Of a stretch of DNA of 45,449 bases, positions 38,483 to 45,449 are shown piece after piece; the first letter of the stretch is position 1; each line of letters begins with the position of its first letter. The notes beneath the pieces were generated by a model. It saw only the letters and a program-made list of their open reading frames with translations, did no database searches and had not been told where the DNA came from. A program made the position numbers and the translations under genes. Source of the stretch: Octopus bimaculoides (taxonomy: Eukaryota); assembly GCF_001194135.2 (NCBI RefSeq), contig NC_069002.1, forward strand, positions 12,896,444 through 12,941,892, written 5' to 3'.

Positions 38483-38540
38483 TAGACAAGCTATTTTATT
38501 ACATACACACATAGACAAGCTATTTTATTACATACACACA
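38483..38540. repeat. Perfect 29-bp tandem duplication
   Basis: TAGACAAGCTATTTTATTACATACACACA x2. Confidence 0.95.
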
Positions 38541-39367
38541 AGAATATGTGCATACACATACATGTATACGTGTATGTGTGTGTAGAAAACCACTTCACCA
38601 TCCCATTATTGCACAATCGACAGTTTGTGGCAGTCATATATCTCAGACATGACCAGTCAACATAATAACTTCACAATGGAACTCACTGGATTTATCTTTG
38701 ATCTGATAGAAAGAGAAAAAAAGATAATTACCGTTGTTATACCACAACCACCACCACAATGAGCCAATGAAGAAATCTCTACATGATTGCTCTACTGGAT
38801 AGAAATAGCAACCAAATCCTCTTCAAATTACACCATCGTTAAAAAAAAAACCCCAAGAATTTTGATAATATTATTGTAATGTCTTAGAAACACAGAACTC
38901 ATCTTTTTCTATGGAACATCAACAAATATGAGCAAGAATTGTTGCTGATGTTATTTCTGAGATATGTCCTGAAGCAACCCTTTACAGTAACAACTGTTAA
39001 AGTTTTTAACCCCTTAGCATTTAAACCAGCCATATCTGACCAAAACATTCCAACTGTTTTATAAACAGATCCAACTTCTCACACCTACCCGGCAATGTCA
39101 TAAAAGATTTAAGAATCGCATCAACAAACTCTCAAAACTTTGTGATAGTTAACTTATGCTTAATTCAAACAATGTGAATAAATAAGCACAGGCATGGCTG
39201 TGTGGTAAGAAGTTTGTTTCCAACCACATGGTTCCATGTTCAGTCCTACAGCATGGCATCTTGGGCAAGTGTTTTGTATTATAGTCTCAAGCTGACCAAA
39301 GACTTGTGAGTAAATTTGTTAGATGGAAACTAAAAGAAGCCCACTGTATGTATGTATGTGTATATAT

Positions 39368-39760
39368 TTCAAATGAATCACGTCATAACCTTATCCATCT
39401 ATTGGTTTCATACTCAGTCATAATGTCTTACGTTTAAGATGATTCCCATGCTTTCCCTGAAGAGAAGGTTACAATTTTAACATCACAGATCCCTATGGAT
39501 CACATAGGTTGTAATCCTTTGAAACATATGTAGGAATAAAGTATGCAATTATAACATGCGTTTTCTCCATTCCTTAAATTTTTAAATATACTCAAATACC
39601 CAAAATTTCAAGGAGTTTCTACCTCAAAAACAGGAACTACACCACAGTTATTTTGTGTTCTTTGCTACCTTGGTTTCTATTAATCCATTAATTCTATCCG
39701 AAGAATTTTTATTCATTAAGATAGAAGAAATGCATATAATTAAATATATATATAGAAATA
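39368..39760 (+). mobile_element. Second H3 element, no inverted arm, nested in a SINE microsatellite
   Basis: High identity to 33965-34290; contains hammerhead H3b. Confidence 0.65.
39453..39536 (+). ncRNA. Minimal type-I hammerhead ribozyme motif (H3b)
   Basis: Second copy of H3 with core CUGAAGA; the only core difference from H3a is the free N7 position. Confidence 0.82.
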
Positions 39761-40335
39761 TATATATATATATATATATATGCAGATATGACTGCATCAG
39801 TGTTTGTGCCCCACCACCACTTGACAACAGGTGTTGGTGTGTTTACATCTTCATAACCTAGCAGTTCGGCAAAAGAAACCAATGGAATAAATACGAGGCT
39901 TTAAAAAACAAAAAGGTACTGGAGTTGATTCGTTCAACTAAAAATTCAAGGTGGTGCCCCAGCATGGCCACAGTCTAATGACTGAAACAAGTAAAAGATA
40001 GATTACATTTGAGAGAGGAATCTGAATGCTAAAGAAGTTAGATGATCAAAAACCGCTGGAAAATTTGTTGAGGACATAAAGAGAAGACAACAGGTTAAGT
40101 TCACTAGAGATCAGAAAGACAAAGCCTTGAACAGAGAGTGACAACTGGAAAAGTGAAAAGAAAAAGGAACAGGACGACAGAGAGAAGTCTTATGAGTGAG
40201 TTTGTTATAGAGAGACATCAACTGAATAACTTGCTAAATTGTGCATGGGACAGGACAAGGGAGAGGTCTGTGTGATGGGTGTGATACGTGCAATTGTGTA
40301 TGACAGTAACACATAAAACAATGAATACAGGTAAC

Positions 40336-40497
40336 TATGAGAGGGTGCTGAAAAATTCCTGGCTTTAAGGGCATCGCAAAAGGCCCCACTCGAGGCTCAA
40401 ACTTCTGAGTTCTTTTACAGGGCTTAAAAAAACTGAAGAACTATATATATATATTTCCTTTTTTCCAAAGCTAGGAACTTCTCAGCACCCCCTTGTA
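40336..40497. mobile_element. Mariner-derived MITE, second copy
   Basis: Same TIRs and internal sequence as 7223-7446, with an internal deletion. Confidence 0.75.
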
Positions 40498-41574
40498 TAC
40501 GTGTGAGTGTGTGTATGATGGGGTGTGCTTCTGAAATACGAACTGTGAATGGAGATGAAGTGGCACACAGCCATGGCAATGAAACATGGGCTGTAAGTAA
40601 AGATTATGATATGAGGAGTGGAGAAGCAGGGAGATATTTTACAGCAGTGAATCATGCAGAGTGACTTAGGTGCTGGGTCTGCTGTAGTAAAAGAAGAAGA
40701 TCATTGTGCAGTCTAATTATTTAAAGTGTGCATTGTTAACATAGGAGAAAGGCTCAGTAATGAAGGGTTGAGGAAAATGAGAAGACATCAAGATAAACCC
40801 TGAAAGTTAGGGGTCAGTGTAAGTCAATTGCCATTTGGTAAATAGATTGTAAAGAGAATAAGGGAGTTGTTGTTGGTTAATAAAATAAACAGGGAGTAAA
40901 GTAGTTCAACATTGTCTATGAGAATTTATAGAAGAACTGCGGAGACATTATATTAAGAAGACATTATTATTATTATTAATATGGAGACATTATATTAAGA
41001 GACATTATTTACACTGGCAGGAATATAAAACATGATTTACATAAAAAGGAGTTTCATATTACATTGGGAATCAATTCGTGTGTGTGTGTGTTCGGGTGTG
41101 TGTTCGTGCATGCACGCACACGTGCGCATGTGCGTGTATGTGTTCATGCATGGACGCGCGCATGCGCATGTGCGTGTGTGTGTGTATTGTTGAGGTAGTT
41201 AGGGCAAATCCCAGCTGTTTTCTCTTGAAGCATATATGCTTATGCCATTATTACAATCCAATACGTAGTCTCAGTTGCTGCTGTAGGTTGGTTTCAACAT
41301 ACATATTAAAATTGAGATTTATGGAAATATTTGCAGAGTTATTGTATAACAAAAGAGGGAATTTGAAATTGTTTGGTATTATTTATTCACCATGACATGA
41401 GTTTCATTTACTAATAGGAGTTACAAAATATTACATGTTAGATAGACATGTAAGAAATGTCCTATTAGAAATTCTTAACATATCTGTCTAACATTCCTAT
41501 TAGCAAGTGACATACGTGTAATGGTGAATAAATGACACAAAACAATTTCTAATTTCCTCCTTTGTTTTATATAA

Positions 41575-41617
<43 letters not shown>

Positions 41618-41636
41618 AACATATACATGCATATAC

Positions 41637-42010
41637 ATCATCATCATCATCATTGTTTAACGTCCGCCTTCCATGCTAGCATGGGTTGGACGATTTGACT
41701 GAGGACTGGTGAACCAGATGGCTACACCAGGCTCCAATCTGATTTGGCAGAGTTTCTACAGCTGGATGCCTTNNNNNNNNNNTGGTGAACCAGATGGCTA
41801 CACCAGGCTCCAATCTGATTTGGCAGAGTTTCTACAGCTGGATGCCTTTCCTAACGCCAACCACTCTGAGAGTGTAGTGGGTACTTTTACGTGCCACCGG
41901 CACGAAGGCCAGTCAGGCGGGAATAGGCAACAGCCAAGCTCAAAATGGTGTATTTTATGTACCACTTGCACAGGAGCCAGTCCAGCGGCACTGGCAGCGA
42001 TCTCGCTCGA
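41637..42010 (-). mobile_element. Family E (with a gap-flanking artefactual duplication)
   Basis: (CAT)n plus consensus tail; 10-N gap at 41773-41782. Confidence 0.8.
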
Positions 42011-42037
42011 ATGTTTTTTCAAGTGCCACTCAAGAAA

Positions 42038-42515
42038 GTTGAGCAGAGGATCTGCATCAAATTTTGCCAGAAGTTTGGTGATACCTGCAGAGGCCTACAC
42101 AAAATTTTCAAAAAGTTTTCATTGCATTCTCGACACAATCAAGGAGATCTTTTGCAACTGAAACCCGATTGTCTTTTTGTTGAGCTGAAAGCAGTTTTGA
42201 CACAAACTTGGCAGACATGCGTCTCATACTCAAATCTTCAGTGATAATGGACTGAACCGTACTGTAACTAATCTGTACATCCTCTCACAACTCATGGATG
42301 GTGATTTGATGATTTCCCCTCACAGCTACATGCCTATCTGCGATGTTTTTCTCAGTTCTGCTGGTTGCAAGTCTCCCAAAATGTTCGTCAATATTAACAT
42401 TCTTTCAGCCGTCTTGTAAACGTCTGAGCCACTTGTACACTTGTGTGTGACTCATACACTCCTCTCCATGCACTTTCTGCAACTTTGCATAGGCCTCTGA
42501 GCAGGTATCGCCATG
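42038..42515. mobile_element. Rearranged mariner N-terminal fragments in opposite orientations
   Basis: Plus strand EQRICIKFCQKFGDTC (42038-42120). Minus strand GDTCSEAYAKLQKVHGEECMS...RRMSAKFVSKLL (42121-42515). Confidence 0.75.
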
Positions 42516-42770
42516 ACAACTTTCTCTGTCATGATCAATGCAATGATCACATGCTACATACCTTCCTGTGTGTCTGTGTGTGTGTATTATAACACTTGAC
42601 TAATATCATAAAATGTTCAACAAGAATCATTTTCTGAATTGAAAATCGATTTTATGCAAATTTTAACAACAGCAAGAAATAAAACCCTATCAAAACCAAG
42701 AACACAACTAGAAAAAAAAAAAAACAACAAAAAACAAAAAAAAACAACCTAGCACCAAATCAGAACTTAC

Positions 42771-43023
42771 TTTGATATTGTCCTGTGATAAGCCAAGAAC
42801 TTATTATGGCCAATAATCCACTGAAGAGGAAACCCTCAATCATCCAGTAGAAATCCAAATAAAAGAATCGAAGAGGAAATACAAGGAATGTCCAGACAAG
42901 ATATGGCGGAATGGCATAGATTGTGGTTAGAACCATCCATACTATGCGCAGAAGGTGTCCAATGATGCGAAATGGTAACGGAAGGCTGGTCACATGAGGA
43001 AGAATATTGTACACATCAAGCAT
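42771..43023 (-). CDS. LPGAT1: LPGAT1-like acyltransferase, first coding exon (MLDVYNILPH...SWLITGQYQ, phase 1 end)
   Basis: The ATG directly follows a poly-T...TGCAG acceptor, and the exon ends at a CAAA|GTAAGT donor. Translation AIPPYLVWTFLVFPLR..FYWMIEG..SW matches the hydrophobic N-terminus of vertebrate LPGAT1 as recalled (AIPSYICY..LQPLR..FWYIEG..ASW). Confidence 0.92.
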
Positions 43024-43670
43024 CTGCAAAAAAAAAAAAAAGAAAAAAAAGAAGAAAAATGAAATTTTTAAAAAAGATATTTATATCATAAAAATTTAGA
43101 AACTTCAAGAGAATGAAATAATTTGTTTTTAACAGTAGAACTCAAAGTAGATAAAGCTATAAGTAATAGTGTGTAAATATTGGGGTAAAAAAAACTCATT
43201 TAAATAGAAAAAGTCAAAGGCTTCCTGTAGAATATAAATGAACATCTTCTGTAGGCATGAGAGAATGGTTCTACCATCATTAGAAGCAATGTCAGTTTGC
43301 AGAGTCATTAAGAAAAGACGAAAATAAAATCTTGACATCGCATGGTGGCTGTAAATGAGTATCACCTTCATACAGGTGAGGTTGTTTGTTTCCAGCCTTC
43401 CATGAAAAATATGTCTGGTCATGGGGAAATAATAACCCTAACCCCTGACCCTGATCCTGCAGTAAATCCAGGATGAGAGGAAGGGCTGCACCAATGATGG
43501 ACTGGCATCTTATTTGTCAACTCTGAAAGGATGGAAAGGTAAAGTTGGATTTACCTTTCAATCCAATAGGTAAACAGGAAAGACGGAAAGGTAAAGATGG
43601 ACCACTGGTCTGTCCAATTGGAGCTGACCTGGGGTTAAACAACAATGGCAAGAACAACAAGAGAACTTAC

Positions 43671-43751
43671 TTTCAGATGGGGACAAATTTCACATTAAAG
43701 GTCCAGCAGGAGCAGCGGCAGCAGCAATAGCAGCAGCGGCACTTTGAGCAG
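43671..43751 (-). other. Candidate 5'UTR exon of the LPGAT1-like gene
   Basis: Strong polypyrimidine acceptor (TTTCTTTTCCTTCCTTTCATTAG) and GAAA|GTAAGT donor. 81 nt. If spliced to 43023 it places an in-frame TAA upstream of the ATG. No transcript data. Confidence 0.5.
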
Positions 43752-43820
43752 CTAATGAAAGGAAGGAAAAGAAATACTGAACTAGGATACCAAACTGTGT
43801 TACAACAAACAAACATACAT

Positions 43821-43871
<51 letters not shown>

Positions 43872-44213
43872 NNNNNNNNNNNNNNNNNNNNNNNNNNNNN
43901 NNNNNNNNNNNNNNNNNNNNNNNNNNNNNNNNNNNNNNNNNNNNNNNNNNNNNNNNNNNNNNNNNNNNNNNNNNNNNNNNNNNNNNNNNNNNNNNNNNNN
44001 NNNNNNNNNNNNNNNNNNNNNNNNNNNNNNNNNNNNNNNNNNNNNNNNNNNNNNNNNNNNNNNNNNNNNNNNNNNNNNNNNNNNNNNNNNNNNNNNNNNN
44101 NNNNNNNNNNNNNNNNNNNNNNNNNNNNNNNNNNNNNNNNNNNNNNNNNNNNNNNNNNNNNNNNNNNNNNNNNNNNNNNNNNNNNNNNNNNNNNNNNNNN
44201 NNNNNNNNNNNNN

Positions 44214-44233
44214 ATACAGACACACAAACATAT

Positions 44234-44275
<42 letters not shown>

Positions 44276-44410
44276 GACGGGCTTCTTTCAGTTTCCGTCT
44301 ACCAAATCCATTCACAAGGCTTTGGTCGGCCCGAGGCTATAGTAGAAGACATTTGCTCAAGATGCCACGCAGTGGGACTGAACCCGGAACCATGTGGTTG
44401 GTAAGCAAGC
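44214..44410 (-). mobile_element. SINE family A
   Basis: Reverse complement of 40-240. Confidence 0.85.
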
Positions 44411-44840
44411 TACAAAGACAATGGTTGTCAGCAATGCTCATGCTGAAATTTGAAGTAACAGCTTCCATGACATGACAAGTACTCTCACCTACAAATCCAA
44501 ATAGCTGTGTCTGGCATAAGTCTCTTCACCACAGCTGAATAATAAATAACCAGTCTGCGGTTGTTTTATTATCCTGCAGCAGTGCAGATACTAACGTTTT
44601 TCAAATGACAACAATAATAAAATGGAACACAACTGCCAATGTGAGAAGACTGTGTGGTACGTGGTGTTCTTGAGCAAAACAGTTCATTGATGGAAGGAGT
44701 GAGTTAATGTATGGGACATACATTTGATCGCTATAAACAAATCACTTGTGCAGGTCATTCAGCAAAAGCTGAATGCTCATATATCATCTTCCACAAGTCC
44801 ATCACGCACGCACACACACACACACACACACACACATTTT

Positions 44841-45420
44841 TATCAATTAGAAAATGGAGGATAATATGCTGAACCCAACGACTTGCAGACAGTGTATCCC
44901 GTTGAATTCATTAATTTAATTCATAGCTAAGGTGACAAAAAACCCCACAAAGTACAGGTGTTTATGACAAACCATGTTAATTTGACAACTGGGCTTACAG
45001 ATAAAAGTACAAAGTACACAAGGAATTAGAGAATGAACAAAAGTTTAATCTTACAGCTGTTTCGGCCTAGCTTTGGCATGCCCCATTCTATCCTAATAGC
45101 TCCTGCCGGAGTAATTATCGGATGAAATGTTGAAATGGGGGTACATGCACGATTCGCTAGGCCTCTTCAGAGATTCACATGAATTAAATTAATGAATTGA
45201 ACGGGATACACTGTCTGCAAGTTGTTGGGTTCAGCATATTATCCTCCATTTTCTAATTGATATACAAATTTAGGGTAAACCCCCCCCTTACCCACTCCCA
45301 TTTATTGCACTTGGTATAACACTAGCGTAACAATAATTGGGTACCGCCCCAGCAGTATATTGGATAGATACTATCCCTTAGTGGGTTGAATCCTCAACCC
45401 CTAACTCTCTCGCATTATAT
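44841..45420 (-). mobile_element. Penelope-like pLTR remnant with 84-bp inverted repeats (H4 element)
   Basis: 44841-44924 and 45179-45262 are inverted (2 mismatches) and bracket hammerhead H4. (CA)n on the left, (TA)n on the right. Confidence 0.6.
45047..45175 (-). ncRNA. Type-I hammerhead ribozyme motif with extended stem II (H4)
   Basis: AAUCU-CUGAAGA-GGCCUAGC(84 nt)GCUAGGCC-GAAA-CAGCUG-UA-AGAUU: canonical core, 5-bp stem I, 8-bp stem II base. Confidence 0.85.
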
Positions 45421-45449
45421 ATATATATATATATATATATATGGGAGAA

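Larger units (their letters stand above)
39189..40000 (+). mobile_element. SINE family A, interrupted by the H3b element
   Basis: Head 39189-39345 and tail 39795-40000. Confidence 0.8.
39006..40040. mobile_element. Same MITE family, split by nested insertions
   Basis: 39006-39188 and 40002-40040 join collinearly with the 21503-21729 copy. Confidence 0.55.

Noticed and set aside
41707-41848. Exact 66-bp direct duplication
   Set aside because: It flanks the 10-N gap at 41773-41782; assembly artefact.
1-45449. CRISPR arrays, operons or other prokaryotic systems
   Set aside because: The window is spliced eukaryotic DNA, and no regularly spaced repeat-spacer array was seen.

Overview
AT-rich, microsatellite- and SINE-dense animal genomic DNA from a gapped draft assembly. 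The repeat families look like those of Octopus or another coleoid cephalopod (inference from recognition, no search run). One protein-coding gene is supported: a minus-strand LPGAT1 (LPLAT7)-type acyltransferase. Four coding exons are visible (43023-42771, 18842-18628, 17777-17641, 13707-13316), plus a likely 5'UTR exon and a 23.9-kb first coding intron. One coding exon that the reading frame requires is missing, probably hidden in the N gap at 16454-17140. The rest is tRNA-derived SINEs, RTE LINE fragments, mariner relics and TA- or TTAA-flanked MITEs. The most notable unannotated signal is six minimal type-I hammerhead ribozyme motifs from four unrelated short element families (25.4, 27.3, 34.0, 39.5 and 45.1 kb). 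They have palindromic stem III and GUA cleavage sites, and three of the five loci carry near-perfect 82-98 bp inverted arms. All sit next to (TA)n tracts. This is the signature of Penelope-like pLTR or retrozyme-type elements. Two of the families carry a non-canonical CCGAUGA core. Nearly all ORFs in the supplied track are microsatellite or gap artefacts.
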